Source of the DNA: an uncultured virus (IMG/VR IMGVR_UViG_3300011242_000004)
Lineage: Duplodnaviria > Heunggongvirae > Uroviricota > Caudoviricetes
Direction: 5' to 3' (one strand)
Length of the DNA: 64,000 nt
IMG/VR virus record: IMGVR_UViG_3300011242_000004
Within the stretch, counting starts at the first letter, position 1; each line of letters begins with the position of its first letter. A model generated the notes under the pieces. It saw only the letters and a list, made by a program, of their open reading frames with translations, did no database searches and was not told the DNA's origin. Position numbers and translations under genes: made by a program. Shown piece by piece: positions 47,911-56,972 of this stretch.

Positions 47911-48858
47911 TTATCGGTCTTTCTTCCAATTCATGACGTCTTTCGCTTTGTTTGCCATGCGATTATTCATCATCAAGGCTTTAACGCCGACACCATACTG
48001 TTCGGTTTGACGATTGTATGTATTCATGATGTTGTTTTCGCCACGGAACATGGTTTTTGCACCAGTTGCTTGTTTTGCGGCACGTAATCCAGCCATACCC
48101 GTTGCCCCCATCATGGCTCCTGATTTGGCACCATCCCAGAAGTCTCCACCTTGCATAGACTCAACAGTACCTCCTGCAAGACCACCAATAGCGGCACCTT
48201 GAACAGCACCCCGACCGACACCGCCCCAGCCACCGTTTCCTCTGAAGCGAGCTTTTGCATCTTCTTTCATCATGCCTAGTTGTTTTTCTTCGCTCATACC
48301 AGCACCAGAACGAGCTCCTCCTCCACGAATATGGGTTTCCATACGTGAAGCGTTGATTTGGTCTTTATACCGTTGAACTTGGTCAATTGGTTTTTGACGT
48401 TCTAGTTCAGCGTTTGCCGCATCAATTCGTTTTTGCTCTTTTCGCTGTTGTCGGTTTTCTTGACGCCGGTCTTTTTTTCTTTGTTTCTTTTCGTCCAAGC
48501 GGTTGAAATAGTTTTCCCGTGCTTGGTCAGCAGATTGAGTACGTTCTTGATGGAATCGCTCATAGGCTTCATTTGTTTCTCGACGTTGGTCAATAGGGTT
48601 GTTTTTTTGCTCTGCTTTATATTGACGAGCTTGTTGAACTTTACTTCCTTGTCCGTATCCTTCAGGAAGACGGTTAAATGCACTTTCTTGTGCTTTTTGA
48701 GTGCTTTGAAGGCTTTGGGTTCCTTTTACTGGATTAACTGTTGCATTTTTTAGAGTATCTCCAGAAATGGGAGCTGGTTTCTCAAAACCTTTTCCGCGTC
48801 TTCCGGTTTTTGAGATATTCTCAGCTATCTTCTTTACATTTTTCACATTAAACGCCAT
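47911..48858 (-). CDS. Basic coiled-coil protein with glycine zipper
   Basis: GAVQGAAIGGLAGG..GAKSGAMMGATG. Confidence 0.55.
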   Translation of the reverse strand: MAFNVKNVKKIAENISKTGRRGKGFEKPAPISGDTLKNATVNPVKGTQSLQSTQKAQESAFNRLPEGYGQGSKVQQARQYKAEQKNNPIDQRRETNEAYERFHQERTQSADQARENYFNRLDEKKQRKKDRRQENRQQRKEQKRIDAANAELERQKPIDQVQRYKDQINASRMETHIRGGGARSGAGMSEEKQLGMMKEDAKARFRGNGGWGGVGRGAVQGAAIGGLAGGTVESMQGGDFWDGAKSGAMMGATGMAGLRAAKQATGAKTMFRGENNIMNTYNRQTEQYGVGVKALMMNNRMANKAKDVMNWKKDR

Positions 48859-48871
48859 CTCTTATTTCTCC

Positions 48872-49915
48872 TTACTGGAATCTAGAATCGCCCATTTTAT
48901 AGTGCCCTGTCCGTTGTTCGAACATTTCAAAGGCAATATTCCCCATGGTCGGGTTGTTGTATCCATAATCCCTATTTTTTTGTTTCTGTTCCCGTTTCTC
49001 TAAACGGATTTTCTTTTCCCCTTCGTCTTTGATGTCTTCGACGTCTCCGCTTCGCTTCATTCCATGCAGGGCAGATAGCACTCCGCCGACAGCGATGACA
49101 CCCATACCAATCTTTCCTGCTTTCATCATCTGCTTACCTCGTTTGACGACCCGGTCTTCATGGGACAAAGGACCTTTTCCATCTGCCGTTAACGTTCGGC
49201 TGATGCGTTCCTCTTTGGTTTCAAGGTTCTTACGTTTACGGATTTCTTCGCCTTTTTCTTCTCCGTATTTCTTTTTCAGTTCATCAATCTTTTTCTGGTC
49301 CCCGGAAGCGGCGGCTTCAAAGCGTTCCGATTGATTGCGGTACAACTTCTCTTTCTTTTGCGCTTCATCGACACCATCTAAGTATTTCTTTCCTGCAAAG
49401 ACGGCTCCTGTGATACCCCCAGCGTAGACAGAGGACGTAATCAATGTTGACATCACCGTATCATCATCATTATCAAGGATGCTGTGTGTGACCCCTAGCT
49501 TGAGTCCTAAAGCCGCCAGCGTTCCGACCCGGCTTTTCCCTGACATCTTACTGATACGACTTCTGACGCCCATTAAGGCTTCTTTCCCCGCATTCATTTC
49601 TGCTTTTTGCAGTCCTTTTTGCGCCCGACGGTATTGGTTCCCAGAAACAGAACCTCGTATCGTGCGTTCACCTCCTTTAGGCGGTTCTGGTGGTTTTGGT
49701 GGACCTCCCGCCGGGGAACCTCCTTTTTGTTGTTTCTCAATCTCATGGGCACGATGATAGACATTATAGTTCGGGAAAGCCCCTAAGAATTCATCGAGTT
49801 TAAAAGCGGCAGGAGGTTTGATTATCTTTCCGCCATTAACCTTCGGTGATTTCTTTGGTTTTTTTTCAAAATCATTGATTATATCCGGGACAGTAGGTTT
49901 TTCGAATTCACTCAT
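48872..49915 (-). CDS. Hypothetical protein with several hydrophobic Gly-rich segments
   Basis: 347-aa ORF, ATGA-coupled to the upstream gene. Confidence 0.55.
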   Translation of the reverse strand: MSEFEKPTVPDIINDFEKKPKKSPKVNGGKIIKPPAAFKLDEFLGAFPNYNVYHRAHEIEKQQKGGSPAGGPPKPPEPPKGGERTIRGSVSGNQYRRAQKGLQKAEMNAGKEALMGVRSRISKMSGKSRVGTLAALGLKLGVTHSILDNDDDTVMSTLITSSVYAGGITGAVFAGKKYLDGVDEAQKKEKLYRNQSERFEAAASGDQKKIDELKKKYGEEKGEEIRKRKNLETKEERISRTLTADGKGPLSHEDRVVKRGKQMMKAGKIGMGVIAVGGVLSALHGMKRSGDVEDIKDEGEKKIRLEKREQKQKNRDYGYNNPTMGNIAFEMFEQRTGHYKMGDSRFQ

Positions 49916-50640
49916 TCGTTATCAGCTTCTTCAGGTAGTCCTTCTCCTAGTAATTCATCCAAGTAATCGCCGTCGATGATTTCACCCGGCGCCGCATTGA
50001 TTTCTTTTAACAGACTTGCCGCATAACTCGATGGGTCCATACTAACTTGGACTTTTGCCCCACTCTTATCTTTACGAGTACTATTCATCAGCTCTAATAC
50101 CTTATGACGTTTGTTCGTAATCTTCTCTTTGTATTCGGTTGCTTTTGAGAGTTGTTTGTTGGTGATTTCATCGCCATTCTCTGTGACAGTGACTACAACG
50201 TCCTCTACGAAGTCGCCATCGATTGCCATCTTGTTCTCTGCTCGCATGAGTTGAACATCATAGTCAATGAGGTCTTTAATCAGAGACATATCAACGAAAT
50301 CATCGTCACTGGCTCCGAACTCTTCTTTATAGTCTTCATAACGTGTCATAATCAATGAGATTTCCAGCGGACAGCGTTCTCCGGTCGGGTCATACCCTTG
50401 GTCTAGAATTGGACAGACGGACGCATACTGGCATTCCTCACCTTTACAGAGCATAGGGATAGAAGCATACATACCATGTTTCGTCTTATTCATCGCAACA
50501 CCGAACTTAATCGCTTCGATGCCTTTTTCACTAATCTTCCATGAAGACGGTAACGCTTCTTTTTTGATGTTCATATACTTCTTAGGAGCTAACAAAGAAA
50601 GCTCTTCTTTACGTTTTTGTTGTTCTTCCACGTTCAACAT
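49912..50640 (-). CDS. Putative terminase small subunit / Cys-rich first late gene
   Basis: KHGMYA motif (TerS-like HGxYA), CKGEECQYASVCP..RCPLE, helical C-terminus; first gene of the late operon. Confidence 0.4.
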   Translation of the reverse strand: MLNVEEQQKRKEELSLLAPKKYMNIKKEALPSSWKISEKGIEAIKFGVAMNKTKHGMYASIPMLCKGEECQYASVCPILDQGYDPTGERCPLEISLIMTRYEDYKEEFGASDDDFVDMSLIKDLIDYDVQLMRAENKMAIDGDFVEDVVVTVTENGDEITNKQLSKATEYKEKITNKRHKVLELMNSTRKDKSGAKVQVSMDPSSYAASLLKEINAAPGEIIDGDYLDELLGEGLPEEADNE

Positions 50641-51378
50641 CCTTTCTTTTTCCTGACCTTTTTAGCACGCTACGGTCTAGGGTTACCATTCATTTATGAA
50701 TCGAATTTTTACAGGATTATTTTCCTGACATTTGTGCTTATTACGGTCTGATGCGTAAGCATAGAGAAGTTCTGCCTGAAATGTAACCATTTATGCGTCA
50801 AATCTCAAGAGAAAGTGCTGAAGACGGCAAAAAGACGAAGCTCCGGGTTAGATATCTCCGGCTTCGCCTACTACTAGGTTAATGAAGTTCTAGTACTTCT
50901 CTCTCTATAGAGGTATCTCCCTATAGACTCTTTATACTCTCTACTCCTATTAGATAAGGGATAGGAGGGCTAACGCCCCACATACAAAGAGTATGTTCCC
51001 GCCGCCAACTGGTTTTTCTATAGGGACTCTGTACTAATCAGGTCTTTCTCTCTGTCTCTCTTACTCTCTTAATAAGTATTACTTGAAGATGTCGGTGATT
51101 AAGATAAAACAGGTGACGCCGCCGACACTTCCCATTCCAATTAACATGATTTTAAACAAGGTGATGTCTTTGAGTCTCTCTTTCAAGGGAACTCACTCCT
51201 TTAATAAGTAAAGGACGGCTCCATGGATACAGAAGAACCCTATCCAAAGGAATACCGCCCGCCACTTCGATATTTTCGCGGGATTTTCCTCTAAGACGTA
51301 AATAGACGTCTCTTGATAGAGATAAAATACACTACATATCAGAAATACACCATACCACTCATACATTGTCATCGAATC

Positions 51379-51666
51379 TTAAGCACTTACAACTTTTTGT
51401 GGTTCTTTTTGGGCTTTTTCGCGGGTATACCGCATTCTCTTAAATTGAATGTAATAGATAAAGGCAGAATGCTCTTTTTTCCATCCGACAATCTCAATAT
51501 CAAAGAACTCATAGTGGGTTCCCTCATAATTAAAGAATAAATCTTCTAAATCTCCGATTAACCCGCCGACATCAATCCGGTGCATGTACAATAACACCCC
51601 ATTCGAGCTATCTGGGTTCTTTTGATACCGGACATCGAACGCTTCATCTAATAATGCATTAATCAT
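51379..51666 (-). CDS. Hypothetical protein
   Basis: ATG 51666 overlaps the upstream stop (ATGA). Confidence 0.5.
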   Translation of the reverse strand: MINALLDEAFDVRYQKNPDSSNGVLLYMHRIDVGGLIGDLEDLFFNYEGTHYEFFDIEIVGWKKEHSAFIYYIQFKRMRYTREKAQKEPQKVVSA

Positions 51667-51854
51667 TTGATACCACCCATCTCTCTTGCCCGTAGCGTGC
51701 GTTCTAAGGCGTCTGCACACGTATGACAGAGTCTTACTATCTGTTTGTCTTCTTCCATTACGTAGGTGGCATAACGGCTTCTGAGCGCCGCGTTGCATGA
51801 CGCACATTGACGTCCCTCAATCACAGAAAAATGAAGCTGAATCGAATCCTTCAT
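51663..51854 (-). CDS. Small Zn-finger protein
   Basis: CASC...LCHTC; GAGGAG RBS. Confidence 0.55.
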   Translation of the reverse strand: MKDSIQLHFSVIEGRQCASCNAALRSRYATYVMEEDKQIVRLCHTCADALERTLRAREMGGIK

Positions 51855-52290
51855 GACTTCGGTCTCCTCTCCTATCCTGTTGTCTCAATCCTCTAGTTGT
51901 CTTGCCTTTATCCTATCATCTCCTATCAATAAATACCATATTTTACTTCCTAACTTGTGTCTTATCACTCTTATTTTTTAATTAAATTTTATTTTGAGAA
52001 TGTGTGTTTGTGTTTTAAAGGGGAGGGGTCTTTATTTCCGCCCACCCCCCTTAGAATGTGGGATTTTATCGCGCTCTTAGCGGGTGGAGGTGGAAACTGG
52101 GAGAGATGGAGGAGAAAAGATAGCAAGCCCGAACACTTTGTCATCGGCACGGAGCAAGAGTCGAGAAAAAGGTTACATATGGTGGAATTGACAAAAAATT
52201 CTCAGCGGCATGGTAAGTGTATATGGATAAAGTGGACATCTTTCGGCGCCCACCCCCATCTACGAATATTATCAGGAGGTGTTCATTATT

Positions 52291-52863
52291 ATGAACGAAT
52301 TACAAGATGCAATCTATGACTCATTACAGGGTCATAAGGAAGACATGGTAGAGCTCTTACACTTAGAGCTACCTGTACGTCTTCAAGTCTGGTTTGGAGA
52401 GGAATCAGGCGGTTATTTAGCATTACATCCTCTTACTACACAGGGGTTATACATTGCCCCTACTGTAGATACACCAATCCATACAGTATGTGTACGTATG
52501 GACAGCGATATCGTACAAGTCATTGATTCATTGGCGCATGAGATGCGTCACGCATGGCAGTATGAGAACGCATGTAATGAGGAGCTAGTACGCAATAAGC
52601 TACATGCATTCATGGTGCGTGTAGTAGCTAAGGTAGTTAAAGATATTGCTACCTTGCAGTATGCCAATGCATGGGAAGAAGTAGATGCCCGTGTATTCGC
52701 ATCATGGTACGTAGGTGGTGAGGATACACCTTGTCCTACTGTACCTATGTTAGAGGATATGCGTGTACGCTACCCATCTCTATCTGATGGTGAGCTACGT
52801 ATGATGCGGCGCCGTGCTGGTAATGATTATGCACAGCATGGGCCTAATAGCATCATTTCATGA
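52291..52863 (+). CDS. Zincin-like metallopeptidase (HExxH)
   Basis: LAHEMRHAWQ...WEEVDARVFA; AGGAGG RBS. Confidence 0.7.
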   Translation: MNELQDAIYDSLQGHKEDMVELLHLELPVRLQVWFGEESGGYLALHPLTTQGLYIAPTVDTPIHTVCVRMDSDIVQVIDSLAHEMRHAWQYENACNEELVRNKLHAFMVRVVAKVVKDIATLQYANAWEEVDARVFASWYVGGEDTPCPTVPMLEDMRVRYPSLSDGELRMMRRRAGNDYAQHGPNSIIS

Positions 52864-53125
52864 GAACACCCACCTATTACTATGTGGGAGCAATAGGGCA
52901 CATATAGTGCATGAGCTACAGAGGGGAGTAGTTGTTGTGTCAGATTTATTTAAACAGGTAGGTGTGTATACGTATGTGTACACAGGTAGTAATAACGTTG
53001 AGCTTGAGCTAGGTATTATCGAGCTCTTTAAGCAACAGTATCCTGATATGGGATATGCACTATACGATGTAATGGTAGATGGTGAGGAGATTATCCTTAT
53101 TGTCTTCCCTACATCTGAGTATTAA
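52814..53125 (+). CDS. Hypothetical protein (start uncertain)
   Basis: ORF overlapping the upstream gene end, same codon style. Confidence 0.45.
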   Translation: MLVMIMHSMGLIASFHENTHLLLCGSNRAHIVHELQRGVVVVSDLFKQVGVYTYVYTGSNNVELELGIIELFKQQYPDMGYALYDVMVDGEEIILIVFPTSEY

Positions 53126-53130
53126 CTAGT

Positions 53131-53292
53131 ATCCCTGTATAGGTAGGCCCTCATATGGAGGGGTGCCTATATGGGGTGCTGTATATGGGTGCCTCTATAT
53201 AGGGGTGCCTATAGCAAGGCCTCTATATAAGGCCCTCTATATAAGGGGGTCTATATAGGGGGTACTATATAAGGCCCCTCTATAGAAGGGGC
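53131..53292. repeat. Array of imperfect palindromic CC(T)CTATATAGGGG-type units
   Basis: About 10 degenerate units, e.g. gcctctatatagggg, ggcctctatataaggcc, ggtctatataggggg, cccctctatagaagggg. Confidence 0.8.
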
Positions 53293-53340
53293 ATCCAATA
53301 AGCCGGAGAAACCGGATGCGGACGAAAGGGGTAATTCCTC

Positions 53341-53952
53341 ATGACAAACTCAACTAAAACAATCCTATCTACTACTGCTGTATTCGCAACACCTGCACAA
53401 AAACGTGCAGTCGAAGAAAAACAAATCGTAACACCGGTCGAATTTGGGCCAGCTGTAAAATTCCCTTTATACGCATTCACAGTAGAAGGGAAAGCAACTC
53501 GTGGCGCACAAGTCTTCAATAAACACCATCACTTCTGCCACGTCGGATTAGAAGATTTCAAAGCTGTTCTTCAAAAATACCGTATCAATAATGCGGTACT
53601 TGCACGGATGTTGAATGGCGTCGGCAAAACAACGGCTCGCGAAGGATATGTTTACGTATCCTATGACCAACAAATCGGATTGCCGAATCCGTATAAAAAA
53701 GCGGCGCCGTACCGTAAGGCTTGCCAAGATTACTTGAACGGTTTGCCGCTTTCGACTGTTGTTGTTTCAAGCAATAAATTGGTGCTGGAATTGGCGTCAA
53801 GACGTGGACATCGTGTTCTGCATCGCGACGTCAATTTCGCACGTGTTCATGACATCGAACACACTTGTATCTACCGTGGTCGCAACCACAACGCAATGCC
53901 TGCTGTTATGTCTCTCTTCTTTGGTTCTAAAGTGAATCTACTTGTTTATTGA
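53341..53952 (+). CDS. Hypothetical early protein
   Basis: 203-aa ORF with GAAAGGGG RBS. Confidence 0.65.
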   Translation: MTNSTKTILSTTAVFATPAQKRAVEEKQIVTPVEFGPAVKFPLYAFTVEGKATRGAQVFNKHHHFCHVGLEDFKAVLQKYRINNAVLARMLNGVGKTTAREGYVYVSYDQQIGLPNPYKKAAPYRKACQDYLNGLPLSTVVVSSNKLVLELASRRGHRVLHRDVNFARVHDIEHTCIYRGRNHNAMPAVMSLFFGSKVNLLVY

Positions 53953-54051
53953 AAAACATTTTCTAAGTTCTAAAAAACTTTCGGTCTTGGCGAGGACCTT
54001 AAACTACGACATCGTGGGCGCACTTACGCAAATTGAAAGGGGTAATTAATC

Positions 54052-56847
54052 ATGACAAACGCTAAAAACAACAACAACGGAAAACAAAACAAAAAGGGGA
54101 TGAAACCTATGAAAGCATTAACAATCACTGAACTCGTCAAACAACGTAAAACTATCGTCAAGCACCAAGGTCCAAAGAAACCATCGTTCAACTTGTCAGC
54201 AACAAAATCAGTTTTCGGATTCACACACCCGATGACTGGCGCATTAACAATCTTGAATGACAAAACGCTTCAGCACTTGTTTGTCAGCGATGACATGAAC
54301 AATACAAAGTTTAATCCTGCTGTCCGTTTGTTCATGGTGACGGAAGGTTCTACAAAAGTAGAAGATTTCATGGTCAATGAGAAAACATTGGTTCAGCGTA
54401 ACTCTGAATCGATGCTTGTACGGGATGCCGCTAAAGTCACAACAGAATTCGACATTATCAAGAAAGACCCGCTCAACCGTAAACAGATGTTGACGGAGAA
54501 GCTTGAGGCCTTTGACAATACACGTCAGCTCAACCTTAAGGTTGCAGATGTCGTTGTCAAACTCAAGAAGTTATTTGAATCAAAAGAAGTCAAAGCACGT
54601 TTTGGTAATATCGATGCAAAAGACATCAATCATTTCATCAAAGAAGTACTCTTGAATGGTGTCGTGAATCTTGACTTCGTGAATGGCGATTACGATGTCA
54701 AAGTATTCACATTGAATTCAGCGGCACCATCGCAAACTCGTAAGGGTGAAGCGGCTTTCTGGCAGTATGCGGAACAACGTGGTCTTGCCAACCTCAAGGA
54801 TTTAATCTTTGATGACGCAAAACGTTCAATCGCTGTTTACGGTCGTTTTGTTTCAACCTACCGTATGAACGAATACGGTAAACTCAAATTGAAGCGCGGT
54901 AAACGCATCTTCAAGATGGACAAAGAGCCAAAACGTTTGGACATGCCCGCATCAGGTTCGCGGGATTCACAGGCTTTCAAGTTCCTGTTCGGTAAAATGG
55001 TCATCGTCGACCGTTTCCTTTACACGGATGACGAGAAAGAAGCTGGTACTAATATCAAAGTCGTTAAAGAAGCGATTGTATTAGAATCTTCTTCTTTGAT
55101 GATGGGTGGCGTCAAACGTCGGGTTCTTATCATTCAAGACCCGATTCGTGAAGTTGAAGCAACGGCGAAAGTCGTTGAGAAGTACAACACGGAGTCAGGT
55201 AAGCCTGAAATCGTGGAAGGGCTTTACAAGTTCCCTAAGAACTTGGTCGATGGTGGTATCTTGGTTTCTGAGGAAGTGACAGAGTTTATGGTCGCTGAAG
55301 GAAACTTGAAGCACAAAGGGCAGTCATTCCAAGGTCGTGGTGTAGCGGGTGTTAAACCATTCGCTTATGGCACACCAATGCTTAAAGAGATGACTGGTGT
55401 AGACATGGTCTTCATGTCAGGTGCATTAAAACTCGATGTTATCCCATCATTGCTTGATGGTCGCTTCGAGTTTGCAGTCGTTCAAGGGTCACGTCTTGAG
55501 TTTGCTGAAGACATGGCACCGGTAGCAACACAGGCTTTACTTGCGGCTGGTACACCGCAAGAGAACCTTGAATTGCTTCACATGATTGCGGCAGGTCGTA
55601 TCGATGCTTCTATGTACTCAGCGTCAAAAGCTCTCAAGATTCTTGGCATCACAGAGAACTTTGACGAGGAGACAATGAAAGTTGTCGAACAAGATGAAGA
55701 GTTCGTCGAAGAGTTAGATGGCGAAACAGGTGTGAAAGCGATTCTTCGTAAAGCACCTCACGCTATCAAAGATGGTCTTCTCAAAGACCGTCTTATCAAC
55801 ATCATGGCAAAAGCCCTTGAGAAAATCAAGTTGGGCAATGTCCTTGTTGATGACGCTAAAATGCGTCACATGGGCTTTGACATCTTTATGGTTGTCAAAG
55901 CTATCGAATCATTATTTGTTCAACGCAATAAAGGCGTTGAAGTGCCACAGATGGAATGGGTGAACTCTATCCCAGCTGGTGGTGCAGTTGTTGTTGACGC
56001 TTACGGTCGTCTTCGTGCAGGATACTTCCTTGCGATTCGTTACCCAGCATTGAAGAACGAAGAAGTACGCAAAGTACTAGCGGCTGTTGAGTTTGGTTCA
56101 GAAGAAGCACGTCTTTACTACGAACGTGCGGCACAAATGGGCTTCTTCCAAGGCCTTGTGTTGTTTAACTCTGTTGACATGACGACAGAGGCAATGAGTG
56201 GTGCCGATTTTGATGGCGACACTTGCTTGGTTATCTTCAATGCTTTAATGGTTGAACCGTTTGTAAACAAAACACCACTTCTCGATTTCTTTATCACTGA
56301 GACTGGTGCGCTCGAAGGTGGATGCCCATGGTCTGCACCGGAGGAAGCTGTTGATTTTAAAGCTCACATCACAGCACCTGAGGGTCTTGAATTCACGCAA
56401 GTGATGGAAAACAACTCTCGTACGTGGGCACTTGAGTTCGACGAAGAAGACGTCAAAAACCGTCCAGCAGACGTTTACTATGTCTTCAACCGTGCAGGAG
56501 CATTGCACATCGCTGAGACAGCGAAGATTTCTTCAATCGGAACATGGACAAACCGTCTTATGAACGTTGAAGATATCCAACTCGAAATCATCGGTGAAAT
56601 CGGACTTGCACGTCAGCTTCAAGACCGTGCGAAATTCGTTTCTCTTTCGAACGAGTTGGCGTTCTACGATGATTTAGCAATGTGGTTAACATGTATCGTT
56701 CGTTGGGCAATCGACGAAGCGAAACATGGTGGAGCGTTCAACGGACCACTTGCTCATATCGTCAACATCTTCGAAGATGCAACATCTCCAACGAAGATGC
56801 GTGAAGACCTTGAGAAACATGTCTTCAAAATGGGTCGTATGTTCTAA
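54052..56847 (+). CDS. YonO-like / cellular-RdRP-like two-barrel RNA polymerase
   Basis: LVDGG, FQGRGVAGVK, IRYP, MSGADFDGD (DFDGD at 56206-56220) and AIDEAKHG follow the motif order of the QDE-1/YonO family. Confidence 0.88.
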   Translation: MTNAKNNNNGKQNKKGMKPMKALTITELVKQRKTIVKHQGPKKPSFNLSATKSVFGFTHPMTGALTILNDKTLQHLFVSDDMNNTKFNPAVRLFMVTEGSTKVEDFMVNEKTLVQRNSESMLVRDAAKVTTEFDIIKKDPLNRKQMLTEKLEAFDNTRQLNLKVADVVVKLKKLFESKEVKARFGNIDAKDINHFIKEVLLNGVVNLDFVNGDYDVKVFTLNSAAPSQTRKGEAAFWQYAEQRGLANLKDLIFDDAKRSIAVYGRFVSTYRMNEYGKLKLKRGKRIFKMDKEPKRLDMPASGSRDSQAFKFLFGKMVIVDRFLYTDDEKEAGTNIKVVKEAIVLESSSLMMGGVKRRVLIIQDPIREVEATAKVVEKYNTESGKPEIVEGLYKFPKNLVDGGILVSEEVTEFMVAEGNLKHKGQSFQGRGVAGVKPFAYGTPMLKEMTGVDMVFMSGALKLDVIPSLLDGRFEFAVVQGSRLEFAEDMAPVATQALLAAGTPQENLELLHMIAAGRIDASMYSASKALKILGITENFDEETMKVVEQDEEFVEELDGETGVKAILRKAPHAIKDGLLKDRLINIMAKALEKIKLGNVLVDDAKMRHMGFDIFMVVKAIESLFVQRNKGVEVPQMEWVNSIPAGGAVVVDAYGRLRAGYFLAIRYPALKNEEVRKVLAAVEFGSEEARLYYERAAQMGFFQGLVLFNSVDMTTEAMSGADFDGDTCLVIFNALMVEPFVNKTPLLDFFITETGALEGGCPWSAPEEAVDFKAHITAPEGLEFTQVMENNSRTWALEFDEEDVKNRPADVYYVFNRAGALHIAETAKISSIGTWTNRLMNVEDIQLEIIGEIGLARQLQDRAKFVSLSNELAFYDDLAMWLTCIVRWAIDEAKHGGAFNGPLAHIVNIFEDATSPTKMREDLEKHVFKMGRMF

Positions 56848-56872
56848 GAATTAAATCGTAACAGCGAATGTT

Positions 56873-56897
56873 GAGGGGTGAGATGCCCTCTTTTTTT
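56873..56897 (+). terminator. Intrinsic terminator
   Basis: GAGGG...CCCTC hairpin followed by T7. Confidence 0.65.
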
Positions 56898-56972
56898 ATG
56901 GATTGTTTTACTGCCAATAGGACGGAAAATACCGTATGAGGCCCTGCACATGCAGGAGAATAGGGGAAAATC

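Noticed and set aside
52188..52219. Sigma-A promoter (TTGACA at 52188)
   Set aside because: No good -10 hexamer at 16-18 bp spacing; not supported enough to call.
51957..52319. 120-aa plus-strand ORF in the divergent intergenic region
   Set aside because: No RBS, runs through a G/C hairpin and AT-rich tract, and overlaps the real start at 52291.
53131..53292. Possible CRISPR array
   Set aside because: Units are ~12-16 bp, degenerate and abutting, with no unique spacers; no cas genes in the window.
54052..56847. True RNA-dependent RNA polymerase / RNAi-like system
   Set aside because: Phage members of this family that have been tested (YonO) are DNA-dependent; nothing in the sequence indicates an RNA template, though this cannot be excluded.
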